Positions 23,050 through 39,100 of a stretch of 64,000 bases of DNA are shown here, in pieces (position 1 is the first letter of the stretch; each line of letters begins with the position of its first letter). This stretch comes from Eledone cirrhosa (lineage: Eukaryota): contig OZ024748.1 of the NCBI GenBank assembly GCA_964016885.1, positions 39,308,001-39,372,000 on the forward strand, written 5' to 3'. Below the pieces are notes generated by a model. The model was not told the DNA's origin. It saw only the letters and a list, made by a program, of their open reading frames with translations, and did no database searches. A program made the translations under genes and the position numbers.

Positions 23050-26000
23050 ATGAAAGACACATTCTATGTCATTAATCCTTTCATTACCATATTTCTAATG
23101 GAAGTCACTGTCTATGTCATTAACCCTTTCATTAACATATTTCTAATGAAAGTGACTGTCTATGTCATTAACCCTTTCATTACCATATTTCTAATGAAAG
23201 TCACTGTCTATGTCATTAACCCTTTCATTTCCATATTTCTAATGAAAGACACAATCTATGTCATTAATCCTTTCATTACCATATTTCTAATGAAAGTCAC
23301 TGTCTATGTCATTAACCCTTTCATTACCATATTTCTAATAAAAGTCACTGTCTATTTCATTAACCCTTTCATTACCATATTTCTAATGAAAGACACTGTC
23401 TATGTCATTAATCCTTTCATTACCATATTTCTAATGGAAGTCACTGTCTATGTCATTAACCCTTTCATTACCATATTTCTAATGAAAGTCACTGTCTATC
23501 TCATTAACCCTTTCATTACCATATTTCTAATGAAAGACACTGTCTATTTCATTAACCCTTTCATTACCATATTTCTAATGAAAGACACTGTCTATGTCAT
23601 TAACCCTTTCATTACCCTATTTCTAATGAAAGACACTGCCAATGTCATTAACCCTTTCATTACCATATTTCTGACACTGTCTATGTCATTAACCCTTTCA
23701 TTACCATATTTCTAATAAAAGACACTGTCTATATCATTAACCCTTTCATTACCATATTTCTAATGAAAGACACTGTCTATGCAATTAACCCTTTCATTAA
23801 CATATTTCTCACAAAAGCCACTGTTTATGTCATTGACCATTTCATTACCATATTTCTAATGAAAGACATTGTCTATGTCAATAACACATTCATTACCATA
23901 TTTCTAATGAAAGACACTGCCGATGTCATTAACCCTTTCATTACCATATTTCTAATGAAAGACACAGTCTATGTCATTAATCCTTTCATTACCATATTTC
24001 TAATGAAAGTCACTGTCTATGTCATTAACCCTTTCATTACCATATTTCTAATGAAAGTCACTGTCTATGTCATTAACCCTTTCATTACCATATTTCTAAT
24101 GAAAGACACTGTCTATGTCATTAACCTTTTCATTACCATATTTCTAATAAAAGTCACTGTCTATGTCATTAACCCTTTCATTACCATATTTCTAATGAAA
24201 GTCACTGTCTATGTCATTAACCCTTTCATTACTATATTTCTAATGAAAGACACATTCTATGTCATTAATCCTTTCATTACCATATTTCTAATGGAAGTCA
24301 CTGTCTATGTCATTAACCCTTTCATTACCATATTTCCAATGAAAGTCACTGTCTATGTCATTAACCCTTTCATTACCATATTTCTAATGAAAGTCACAGT
24401 CTATGTCATTAACCCTTTCATTACCATATTTCTAATGAAAGACACAGTCTATGTCATTAATCCTTTCATTACCATATTTCTGATGAAAGTCACTGTCTAT
24501 GTCATTAACCCTTTCATTACCATATTTCTAATGAAAGACACTGTCTATGCAATTAACCCTTTCATTAACATATTTCTCACAAAAGCCACTGTTTGTGTCA
24601 TTGACCATTTCATTACCATATTTCTAATGAAAGACACTGTCTATGCAATTAACTCTTTCATTAACATATTTCTCACAAAAGCCACTGTTTATGTCATTGA
24701 CCATTTCATTACCATATTTCTAATGAAAGACATTGTCTATGTCAATAACACATTCATTACCATATTTCTAATGAAAGACACTGCCGATGTCATTAACCCT
24801 TTCATTACCATATTTCTGAGACTGTCTATTTCATTAACCCTTTCATTACCATATTTCTAATGAAAGACACTGTCTATGTCATTAACCCTTTCATTACCAT
24901 ATTTCTAATGAAAGACACTGTCTATGCAATTAACCCTTTCATTAACATATTTCTCACAAAAGCCACTGTTTATGTCATTGACCATTTCATTACCATATTT
25001 CTAATGAAAGACATTGTCTATGTCAATAACACATTCATTACCATATTTCTAATGAAAGACACTGCCGATGTCATTAACCCTTTCATTACCATATTTCTAA
25101 TGAAAGTCACTGTCTATGTCATTAACCCTTTCATTACCATATTTCTAATGAAAGACACAGTCTATGTCATTAATCCTTTCATTACCATATTTCTAATGAA
25201 AGTCACTGTCTATGTCATTAACCCTTTCATTACCATATTTCTAATGAAAGTCACTGTCTATGTCATTAACCCTTTCATTACCATATTTCTAATGAAAGAC
25301 ACTGTCTATGTCATTAACCTTTTCATTACCATATTTCTAATAAAAGTCACTGTCTATGTCATTAACCCTTTCATTACCATATTTCTAATGAAAGTCACTG
25401 TCTATGTCATTAACCCTTTCATTACTATATTTCTAATGAAAGACACATTCTATGTCATTAATCCTTTCATTACCATATTTCTAATGGAAGTCACTGTCTA
25501 TGTCATTAACCCTTTCATTACCATATTTCTAATGAAAGTCACTGTCTATGTCATTAACCCTTTCATTACCATATTTCTAATGAAAGTCACTGTCTATGTC
25601 ATTAACCCTTTCATTACCATATTTCTAATGAAAGACACAGTCTATGTCATTAATCCTTTCATTACCATATTTCTGATGAAAGTCACTGTCTATGTCATTA
25701 ACCCTTTCATTACCATATTTCTAATAAAAGTCACTGTCTATGTCATTAACCCTTTCATTACCATATTTCTAATGAAAGTCACTGTCTATGTCATTAACCC
25801 TTTCATTACCATATTTCTAATGAAAGACACTGCCTATGTGATTAAGCCTGTCATTACCATATTTCTAATGAAAGTTACTGTCTATGTCAGTAACCCTGTC
25901 ATTACCATATTTCTAATGAAAGTCACTGTCTATGTCATTAACCCTTTCATTACCATATTTCTAATGAAAGACACTGTCTATGTCATTAACCCTTTCATTA

Positions 26001-27197
26001 CCATATTTCTAATGAAAGACACTGTCTATGCAATTAACCCTTTCATTAACATATTTCTCACAAAAGCCACTGTTTGTGTCATTGACCATTTCATTACCAT
26101 ATTTCTAATGAAAGACACTGTCTATGCAATTAACTCTTTCATTAACATATTTCTCACAAAAGCCACTGTTTATGTCATTGACCATTTCATTACCATATTT
26201 CTAATGAAAGACATTGTCTATGTCAATAACACATTCATTACCATATTTCTAATGAAAGACACTGCCGATGTCATTAACCCTTTCATTACCATATTTCTGA
26301 GACTGTCTATTTCATTAACCCTTTCATTACCATATTTCTAATGAAAGACACTGTCTATGTCATTAACCCTTTCATTACCATATTTCTAATGAAAGACACT
26401 GTTTATTTCATTAACCCTTTCATTACCATATTTCTAATGAAAGACACTGTCTATTTCATTAACCCTTTCATTACCATATTTCCTATGAAAGACACTGTCT
26501 ATTTCATTAACCCTTTCATTACCATATTTCTAATGAAAGTCACAGTCTATGTCATTAATCCTTTCATTACCATATTTCTAATGAAAGTCACTGTCTATGT
26601 CATTAACCCTTTCATTACCATATTTCTAATGAAAGACACTGTCTATGTGATTAACCCTGTCATTACCATATTTCTAATGAAATTTACTGTTTATGTCAGT
26701 AACCCTGTCATTACCATATTTCTAATGAAAGTCACTGTCTATGTCAGTAACCCTGTCATTACCAAATTTCTAATGAAAGACACTGTCTATATCATTAACC
26801 CTTTCATTACCATATTTCTAATGAAAGACACTGTCTATTTCATTAACCCTTTCATTACCATATTTCTAATGAAAGACACTGTCTATGTCATTAACCCTTT
26901 CATTACCATATTTCTAATGAAAGTCACTGTCTATGTCATTAACCCTTTCATTACCATATTTCTAATGAAAGACACATTCTATGTCATTAATCCTTTCATT
27001 ACCATATTTCTAATGGAAGTCACTGTCTATGTCATTAACCCTTTCATTACCATATTTCTAATGAAAGTGACTGTCTATGCAATTAACCCTTTCATTACCA
27101 TATTTCTGACACTGTCTATGTCATTAACCCTTTCATTACCATATTTCTAATAAAAGACACTGTCTATATCATTAACCCTTTCATTACCATATTTCTA

Positions 27198-30100
27198 ATG
27201 AAAGACACTGTCTATGCAATTAACCCTTTCATTAACATATTTCTCACAAAAGCCACTGTTTATGTCATTGACCATTTCATTACCATATTTCTAATGAAAG
27301 ACATTGTCTATGTCAATAACACATTCATTACCATATTTCTAATGAAAGACACTGCCGATGTCATTAACCCTTTCATTACCATATTTCTAATGAAAGACAC
27401 TGTTTATTTCATTAACCCTTTCATTACCATATTTCTAATGAAAGACACTGTCTATTTCATTAACCCTTTCATTACCATATTTCTAATGAAAGACACTGTC
27501 TATTTCATTAACCCTTTCATTACCATATTTCTAATGAAAGTCACAGTCTATGTCATTAATCCTTTCATTACCATATTTCTAATGAAAGTCACTGTCTATG
27601 TCATTAACCCTTTCATTACCATATTTCTAATGAAAGACACTGTCTATGTGATTAAGCCTGTCATTACCATATTTCTAATGAAAGTTACTGTCTATGTCAG
27701 TAACCCTGTCTTTACCATATTTCTAATGAAAATCACTGTCTATGTCATTAACCCTTTCATTACCATATTTCTAATGAAAGACACTGTCTATGTCATTAAC
27801 CCTTTCATTACCATATATCTAATGAAAGTCACTGTCTATGTCATTAACCCTTTCATTACCATATTTCTAATGAAAGACACTGTCTATGTGTTTAAGCCTG
27901 TCATTACCATATTTCTAATGAAAGTTACTGTCTATGTCAGTAACCCTGTCATTACCATATTTCTAATGAAAGTCACTGTCTATGACATTAACCCTTTCAT
28001 TACCATATTTCTAATGAAAGACACTGTCTATGTCATTAACACTTTCATTACCATATTTCTAATGAAAGACACTGCCTATGTCATTAACACTTTCATTACC
28101 ATATTTCTAATGTAAGACACTGTCTGTCATTAACCCTGTCATTACTATATTTCTAATGAAAGACACTGCCTATGTCATTAATCCTTTCATTACCATATTT
28201 CTAATGAAAGTCACTGTCTATGTCATTAATCCTTTCATTACCATATTTCTAATGAAAGTCACTGTTTATGTCATTAACCCTTTCATTACCATATTTCTAA
28301 TGAAAGACACTGTCTATGTGATTAACCCTGTCGTTACCATATTTCTAATGAAAGTTACTGTCTATGTCAGTAACCCTGTCATTACCATATTTCTAATGAA
28401 AGACACTGTCTATGCAATTAACCCTTTCATTAACATATTTCTCACAAAATCCACTGTTTGTGTCATTGACCATTTCATTACCATATTTCTAATGAAAGAC
28501 ATTGTCTATGTCAATAACACTTTCATTACCATATTTCTAATGAAAGACACTGCCTATGTCATTAACACTTTCATTACCATATTTCTAATAAAAGTCACTG
28601 TCTATGTCATTAACCCTTTCATTACCATATTTCTAATGAAAGTCACTGTCTATGTCATTAACCCTTTCATTACCATATTTCTAATGAAAGACACATTCTA
28701 TGTCATTAATCCTTTCATTACCATATTTCTAATGGAAGTCACTGTCTATGTCATTAACCCTTTCATTACCATATTCCTAATGAAAGTCACTGTCTATGTC
28801 ATTAACCCTTTCATTACCATATTTCTAATGAAAGTCACTGTGTATGTCATTAACCCTTTCATTACCATATTTCTAATGAAAGACACAGTCTATGTCATTA
28901 ATCCTTTCATTACCATATTTCTAATGAAAGTCACTGTCTATGTCATTAACCCTTTCATTACCATATTTCTAATGAAAGTCACTGTCTATGTCATTAACCC
29001 TTTCATTACCATATTTCTAATGAAAGACACTGTCTATGTCATTAACCTTTTCATTACCATATTTCTAATAAAAGTCACTGTCTATGTCATTAACCCTTTC
29101 ATTACCATATTTCTAATGAAAGACACAGTCTATGTCATTAATCCTTTCATTACCATATTTCTAATGAAAGTCACTGTCTATGTCATTAACCCTTTCATTA
29201 CCATATTTCTAATGAAAGTCACTGTCTATGTCATTAACCCTTTCATTACCATATTTCTAATGAAAGACTGTCAATGTCATTAACCTTTTCATTACCATAT
29301 TTCTAATAAAAGTCACTGTCTATGTCATTAACCCTTTCATTACCATATTTCTAATGAAAGACACAGTCTATGTCATTAACCCTTTCATTACCATATTTCT
29401 AATGAAAGACACTGTCTATGTCATTAACCTTTTCATTACCATATTTCTAATAAAAGTCACTGTCTATGTCATTAACCCTTTCATTACCATATTTCTAATA
29501 AAAGACACAGTCTATGTCATTAATCCTTTCATTACCATATTTCTGATGAAAGTCACTGTCTATGTCATTAACCCTTTCATTACCATATTTCTAATAAAAG
29601 TCACTGTCTATGTCATTAACCCTTTCATTACCATATTTCTAATGAAAGTCACTGTCTATGTCATTAACCCTTTCATTACCATATTTCTAATGAAAGACAC
29701 ATTCTGTCATTAATCCTTTCATTACCATATTTCTAATGGAAGTCACTGTCTATGTCATTAACCCTTTCATTACCATATTTCTAATGAAAGTCACTGTCTA
29801 TGTCATTAACCCTTTCATTACCATATTTCTAATGAAAGACACTGCCTATGTGATTAAGCCTGTCATTACCATATTTCTAATGAAAGTAACTGTCTATGTC
29901 ATTAACCCTTTCATTACCATATTTCTAATGAAAGACACTGTCTATGTCATTAACCCTTTCATTACCATATTTCTAATGAAAGACACTGTCTATGTGATTA
30001 ACGCTGTCATTACCATATTTCTAATGAAATTTACTGTTTATGTCAGTAACCCTGTCATTACCATATTTCTAATGAAAGTCACTGTCTATGTCATTAACCC

Positions 30101-33100
30101 TTTCATTACCATATTTCTAATGAAAGACACTGTCTAAGTGATTAACCCTGTCGTTACCATATTTCTAATGAAAGTTACTGTCTATGTCAGTAACCCTGTC
30201 ATTACCAAATTTCTAATGAAAGACACTGTCTATATCATTAACCCTTTCATTACCATATTTCTAATGAAAGACACTGTCTATTTCATTAACCCTTTCATTA
30301 CCATATTTCTAATGAAAGACACTGTCTATGTCATTAACCCTTTCATTACCATATTTCTAATGAAAGACACTGTCTATGTCATTAACCCTTTCATTACCAT
30401 ATTTCTAATGAAAGTCACTGTCTATGTCATTAACCCTTTCATTACCCTATTTCTAATGAAAGACACTGTCTATGTCATTAACCCTTTCATTACCATATTT
30501 CTAATGAAAGTCACTGTCTATGTCATTAACCCTTTCATTACCATATTTCTAATGAAAGTCACTGTCTATTTCATTAACCCTTTCATTAGCATATTTCTAA
30601 TGAAAGACACTGTCTATGTCATTAACCCTTTCATTACCATATTTCTAATGAAAGACACTGTCTATGTCATTAACCCTTTCATTACCATATTTCTAATGAA
30701 AGTCACTGTCTATGTCATTAACCCTTTCATTACCATATTTCTAATGAAAGACACATTCTATGTCATTAATCCTTTCATTACCATATATCTAATGGAAGTC
30801 ACTGTCTATGTCATTAACCCTTTCATTACCATATTTCTAATGAAAGTGACTGTCTATGTCATTAACCCTTTCATTACCATATTTCTAATGAACGTCACTG
30901 TCTATGTCATTAACCCTTTCATTTCCATATTTCTAATGAAAGACACAGTCTATGTCATTAATCCTTTCATTAACATATTTCTAATGAAAGTCACTGTCTA
31001 TGTCATTAACCCTTTCATTACCATATTTCGAATGAAAGACACTGTTTATTTCATTAACCCTTTCATTACCATATTTCTAATGAAAGACACTGTCTATGTC
31101 ATTAACCCTTTCATTACCATATTTCTAATGAAAGACACTGTCTATTTCATTAACCCTTTCATTACCATATTTCTAATGAAAGTCACTGTCTATGTCATTA
31201 ACCCTTTCATTACCATATTTCTAATGAAAGACACTGTCTATGTGATTAACCCTGTCATTACCATATTTCTAATGAAAGTTACTGTCTATGTCAGTAACCC
31301 TGTCATTACCATATTTCTAATGAAAGTCACTGTCTATGTCATTAACCCTTTCATTACCATATTTCTGAGACTGTCTATTTTATTAACCCTTTCATTACCA
31401 AATTTCTAATGAAAGACACTGTCTATGTCATTAACCCTTTCATTACCATATTTCTAATGAAAGACACTGTTTATTTCATTAACCCTTTCATTACCATATT
31501 TCGAATGAAAGACACTGTCTATGTGATTAACCCTGTCATTACCATATTTCTAATGAAATTTACTGTCTATGTCAGTAACCCTGTCATTACCATATTTCTA
31601 ATGAAAGTCACTCTCTATGTCATTAACCCTTTCATTACCATATTTCTAATGAAAGACACTGTCTATTTCATTAACCCTTTCATTACCATATTTATAATGA
31701 AAGTCACAGTCTATGTCATTAATCCTTTCATTACCATATTTCTAATGAAAGTCACTGTCTATGTCATTAACCCTTTCATTACCATATTTCTAATGAAAGA
31801 CACTGTCTATGTGATTAACCCTGTCATTACCATATTTCTAATGAAATTTACTGTCTATGTCAGTAACCCTGTCATTACCATATTTCTAATGAAAGTCACT
31901 GTCTATGTCATTAACCCTTTCATTACCATATTTCTAATGAAAGACACTGTCTATGTGATTAACCCTGTCATTACCATATTTCTAATGAAATTTACTGTTT
32001 ATGTCAGTAACCCTGTCATTACCATATTTCTAATGAAAGTCACTGTCTATGTCAGTAACCCTGTCATTACCAAATTTCTAATGAAAGACACTGTCTATAT
32101 CATTAACCCTTTCATTACCATATTTCTAATGAAAGACACTGTCTATTTCATTAACCCTTTCATTACCATATTTCTAATGAAAGACACTGTCTATGTCATT
32201 AACCCTTTCATTACCATATTTCTAATGAAAGTCACTGTCTATGTCATTAACCCTTTCATTACCATATTTCTAATGAAAGACACATTCTATGTCATTAATC
32301 CTTTCATTACCATATTTCTAATGGAAGTCACTGTCTATGTCATTAACCCTTTCATTACCATATTTCTAATGAAAGTGACTGTCTATGTCATTAACCCTTT
32401 CATTACCATATTTCTAATGAAAGTCACTGTCTATGTCATTAACCCTTTCATTTCCATATTTCTAATGAAAGACACAGTCTATGTCATTAATCCTTTCATT
32501 ACCATATTTCTAATGAAAGTCACTGTCTATGTCATTAACCCTTTCATTACCATATTTCTAATAAAAGTCACTGTCTATTTCATTAACCCTTTCATTACCA
32601 TATTTCTAATGAAAGACACTGTCTATGTCATTAATCCTTTCATTACCATATTTCTAATGGAAGTCACTGTCTATGTCATTAACCCTTTCATTACCATATT
32701 TCTAATGAAAGTCACTGTCTATCTCATTAACCCTTTCATTACCATATTTCTAATGAAAGACACTGTCTATTTCATTAACCCTTTCATTACCATATTTCTA
32801 ATGAAAGTCACTGTCTATGTCATTAACCCTTTCATTACCATATTTCTAATGAAAGACACATTCTATGTCATTAATCCTTTCATTACCATATTTCTAATGG
32901 AAGTCACTGTCTATGTCATTAACCCTTTCATTACCATATTTCTAATGAAAGTGACTGTCTATGTCATTAACCCTTTCATTACCATATTTCTAATGAAAGT
33001 CACTGTCTATGTCATTAACCCTTTCATTTCCATATTTCTAATGAAAGACACAGTCTATGTCATTAATCCTTTCATTACCATATTTCTAATGAAAGTCACT

Positions 33101-36100
33101 GTCTATGTCATTAACCCTTTCATTACCATATTTCTAATAAAAGTCACTGTCTATTTCATTAACCCTTTCATTACCATATTTCTAATGAAAGACACTGTCT
33201 ATGTCATTAATCCTTTCATTACCATATTTCTAATGGAAGTCACTGTCTATGTCATTAACCCTTTCATTACCATATTTCTAATGAAAGTCACTGTCTATCT
33301 CATTAACCCTTTCATTACCATATTTCTAATGAAAGACACTGTCTATTTCATTAACCCTTTCATTACCATATTTCTAATGAAAAACACTGTCTATGTCATT
33401 AACCCTTTCATTACCATATTTCTAATGAAAGACACTGTCTATGTCATTAACCCTTTCATTACCCTATTTCTAATGAAAGACACTGCCAATGTCATTAACC
33501 CTTTCATTACCATATTTCTGACACTGTCTATGTCATTAACCCTTTCATTACCATATTTCTAATAAAAGACACTGTCTATATCATTAACCCTTTCATTACC
33601 ATATTTCTAATGAAAGACACTGTCTATGCAATTAACCCTTTCATTAACATATTTCTCACAAAAGCCACTGTTTATGTCATTGACCATTTCATTACCATAT
33701 TTCTAATGAAAGACATTGTCTATGTCAATAACACATTCATTACCATATTTCTAATGAAAGACACTGCCGATGTCATTAACCCTTTCATTACCATATTTCT
33801 AATGAAAGACACTGTTTATTTCATTAACCCTTTCATTACCATATTTCTAATGAAAGACACTGTCTATTTCATTAACCCTTTCATTACCATATTTCTAATG
33901 AAAGACACTGTCTATTTCATTAACCCTTTCATTACCATATTTCTAATGAAAGTCACAGTCTATGTCATTAATCCTTTCATTACCATATTTCTAATGAAAG
34001 TCACTGTCTATGTCATTAACCCTTTCATTACCATATTTCTAATGAAAGACACTGTCTATGTGATTAAGCCTGTCATTACCATATTTCTAATGAAAGTTAC
34101 TGTCTATGTCAGTAACCCTGTCTTTACCATATTTCTAATGAAAATCACTGTCTATGTCATTAACCCTTTCATTACCATATTTCTAATGAAAGACACTGTC
34201 TATGTCATTAACCCTTTCATTACCATATATCTAATGAAAGTCACTGTCTATGTCATTAACCCTTTCATTACCATATTTCTAATGAAAGACACTGTCTATG
34301 TGTTTAAGCCTGTCATTACCATATTTCTAATGAAAGTTACTGTCTATGTCAGTAACCCTGTCATTACCATATTTCTAATGAAAGTCACTGTCTATGACAT
34401 TAACCCTTTCATTACCATATTTCTAATGAAAGACACTGTCTATGTCATTAACACTTTCATTACCATATTTCTAATGAAAGACACTGCCTATGTCATTAAC
34501 ACTTTCATTACCATATTTCTAATGTAAGACACTGTCTGTCATTAACCCTGTCATTACTATATTTCTAATGAAAGACACTGCCTATGTCATTAATCCTTTC
34601 ATTACCATATTTCTAATGAAAGTCACTGTCTATGTCATTAATCCTTTCATTACCATATTTCTAATGAAAGTCACTGTCTATGTCATTAACCCTTTCATTA
34701 CCATATTTCTAATGAAAGACACTGTCTATGTGATTAACCCTGTCGTTACCATATTTCTAATGAAAGTTACTGTCTATGTCAGTAACCCTGTCATTACCAT
34801 ATTTCTAATGAAAGTCACTGTCTATGTCAGTAACCCTGTCATTACCAAATTTCTAATGAAAGACACTGTCTATATCATTAACCCTTTCATTACCATATTT
34901 CTAATGAAAGACACTGTCTATTTCATTAACCCTTTCATTACCATATTTCTAATGAAAGACACTGTCTATGTCATTAACCCTTTCATTACCATATTTCTAA
35001 TGAAAGTCACTGTCTATGTCATTAACCCTTTCATTACCATATTTCTAATGAAAGACACATTGTATGTCATTAATCCTTTCATTACCATATTTCTAATGGA
35101 AGTCACTGTCTATGTCATTAACCCTTTCATTACCATATTTCTAATGAAAGTGACTGTCTATGTCATTAACCCTTTCATTACCATATTTCTAATGAAAGTC
35201 ACTGTCTATGTCATTAACCCTTTCATTTCCATATTTCTAATGAAAGACACAGTCTATGTCATTAATCCTTTCATTACCATATTTCTAATGAAAGTCACTG
35301 TCTATGTCATTAACCCTTTCATTACCATATTTCTAATAAAAGTCACTGTCTATTTCATTAACCCTTTCATTACCATATTTCTAATGAAAGACACTGTCTA
35401 TGTCATTAATCCTTTCATTACCATATTTCTAATGGAAGTCACTGTCTATGTCATTAACCCTTTCATTACCATATTTCTAATGAAAGTCACTGTCTATCTC
35501 ATTAACCCTTTCATTACCATATTTCTAATGAAAGACACTGTCTATTTCATTAACCCTTTCATTACCATATTTCTAATGAAAAACACTGTCTATGTCATTA
35601 ACCCTTTCATTACCATATTTCTAATGAAAGACACTGTCTATGTCATTAACCCTTTCATTACCCTATTTCTAATGAAAGACACTGCCAATGTCATTAACCC
35701 TTTCATTACCATATTTCTGACACTGTCTATGTCATTAACCCTTTCATTACCATATTTCTAATAAAAGACACTGTCTATATCATTAACCCTTTCATTACCA
35801 TATTTCTAATGAAAGACACTGTCTATGCAATTAACCCTTTCATTAACATATTTCTCACAAAAGCCACTGTTTATGTCATTGACCATTTCATTACCATATT
35901 TCTAATGAAAGACATTGTCTATGTCAATAACACATTCATTACCATATTTCTAATGAAAGACACTGCCGATGTCATTAACCCTTTCATTACCATATTTCTA
36001 ATGAAAGACACTGTTTATTTCATTAACCCTTTCATTACCATATTTCTAATGAAAGACACTGTCTATTTCATTAACCCTTTCATTACCATATTTCTAATGA

Positions 36101-39100
36101 AAGACACTGTCTATTTCATTAACCCTTTCATTACCATATTTCTAATGAAAGTCACAGTCTATGTCATTAATCCTTTCATTACCATATTTCTAATGAAAGT
36201 CACTGTCTATGTCATTAACCCTTTCATTACCATATTTCTAATGAAAGACACTGTCTATGTGATTAAGCCTGTCATTACCATATTTCTAATGAAAGTTACT
36301 GTCTATGTCAGTAACCCTGTCTTTACCATATTTCTAATGAAAATCACTGTCTATGTCATTAACCCTTTCATTACCATATTTCTAATGAAAGACACTGTCT
36401 ATGTCATTAACCCTTTCATTACCATATATCTAATGAAAGTCACTGTCTATGTCATTAACCCTTTCATTACCATATTTCTAATGAAAGACACTGTCTATGT
36501 GTTTAAGCCTGTCATTACCATATTTCTAATGAAAGTTACTGTCTATGTCAGTAACCCTGTCATTACCATATTTCTAATGAAAGTCACTGTCTATGACATT
36601 AACCCTTTCATTACCATATTTCTAATGAAAGACACTGCCTATGTCATTAACACTTTCATTACCATATTTCTAATGTAAGACACTGTCTGTCATTAACCCT
36701 GTCATTACTATATTTCTAATGAAAGACACTGCCTATGTCATTAATCCTTTCATTACCATATTTCTAATGAAAGTCACTGTCTATGTCATTAATCCTTTCA
36801 TTACCATATTTCTAATGAAAGTCACTGTCTATGTCATTAACCCTTTCATTACCATATTTCTAATGAAAGACACTGTCTATGTGATTAACCCTGTCGTTAC
36901 CATATTTCTAAGGAAAGTTACTGTCTATGTCAGTAACCCTGTCATTACCATATTTCTAATGAAAGACACTGTCTATGCAATTAACCCTTTCATTAACATA
37001 TTTCTCACAAAATCCACTGTTTGTGTCATTGACCATTTCATTACCATATTTCTAATGAAAGACATTGTCTATGTCAATAACACTTTCATTACCATATTTC
37101 TAATGAAAGACACTGCCTATGTCATTAACACTTTCATTACCATATTTCTAATAAAAGTCACTGTCTATGTCATTAACCCTTTCATTACCATATTTCTAAT
37201 GAAAGTCACTGTCTATGTCATTAACCCTTTCATTACCATATTTCTAATGAAAGACACTGTCTATGCAATTAACCCTTTCATTAACATATTTCTCACAAAA
37301 GCCACTGTTTATGTCATTGACCATTTCATTACCATATTTCTAATGAAAGACATTGTCTATGTCAATAACACATTCATTACCATATTTCTAATGAAAGACA
37401 CTGCCGATGTCATTAACCCTTTCATTACCATATTTCTAATGAAAGACACTGTTTATTTCATTAACCCTTTCATTACCATATTTCTAATGAAAGACACTGT
37501 CTATTTCATTAACCCTTTCATTACCATATTTCTAATGAAAGACACTGTCTATTTCATTAACCCTTTCATTACCATATTTCTAATGAAAGTCACAGTCTAT
37601 GTCATTAATCCTTTCATTACCATATTTCTAATGAAAGTCACTGTCTATGTCATTAACCCTTTCATTACCATATTTCTAATGAAAGACACTGTCTATGTGA
37701 TTAAGCCTGTCATTACCATATTTCTAATGAAAGTTACTGTCTATGTCAGTAACCCTGTCTTTACCATATTTCTAATGAAAATCACTGTCTATGTCATTAA
37801 CCCTTTCATTACCATATTTCTAATGAAAGACACTGTCTATGTCATTAACCCTTTCATTACCATATATCTAATGAAAGTCACTGTCTATGTCATTAACCCT
37901 TTCATTACCATATTTCTAATGAAAGACACTGTCTATGTGTTTAAGCCTGTCATTACCATATTTCTAATGAAAGTTACTGTCTATGTCAGTAACCCTGTCA
38001 TTACCATATTTCTAATGAAAGTCACTGTCTATGACATTAACCCTTTCATTACCATATTTCTAATGAAAGACACTGCCTATGTCATTAACACTTTCATTAC
38101 CATATTTCTAATGTAAGACACTGTCTGTCATTAACCCTGTCATTACTATATTTCTAATGAAAGACACTGCCTATGTCATTAATCCTTTCATTACCATATT
38201 TCTAATGAAAGTCACTGTCTATGTCATTAATCCTTTCATTACCATATTTCTAATGAAAGTCACTGTCTATGTCATTAACCCTTTCATTACCATATTTCTA
38301 ATGAAAGACACTGTCTATGTGATTAACCCTGTCGTTACCATATTTCTAAGGAAAGTTACTGTCTATGTCAGTAACCCTGTCATTACCATATTTCTAATGA
38401 AAGACACTGTCTATGCAATTAACCCTTTCATTAACATATTTCTCACAAAATCCACTGTTTGTGTCATTGACCATTTCATTACCATATTTCTAATGAAAGA
38501 CATTGTCTATGTCAATAACACTTTCATTACCATATTTCTAATGAAAGACACTGCCTATGTCATTAACACTTTCATTACCATATTTCTAATAAAAGTCACT
38601 GTCTATGTCATTAACCCTTTCATTACCATATTTCTAATGAAAGTCACTGTCTATGTCATTAACCCTTTCATTACCATATTTCTAATGAAAGACACATTCT
38701 ATGTCATTAATCCTTTCATTACCATATTTCTAATGGAAGTCACTGTCTATGTCATTAATCCTTTCATTACCATATTCCTAATGAAAGTCACTGTCTATGT
38801 CATTAACCCTTTCATTACCATATTTCTAATGAAAGTCACTGTCTATGTCATTAACCCTTTCATTACCATATTTCTAATGAAAGACACAGTCTATGTCATT
38901 AATCCTTTCATTACCATATTTCTAATGAAAGTCACTGTCTATGTCATTAACCCTTTCATTACCATATTTCTAATGAAAGTCACTGTCTATGTCATTAAGC
39001 CTTTCATTACCATATTTCTAATGAAAGACACTGTCTATGTCATTAACCTTTTCATTACCATATTTCTAATAAAAGTCACTGTCTATGTCATTAACCCTTT

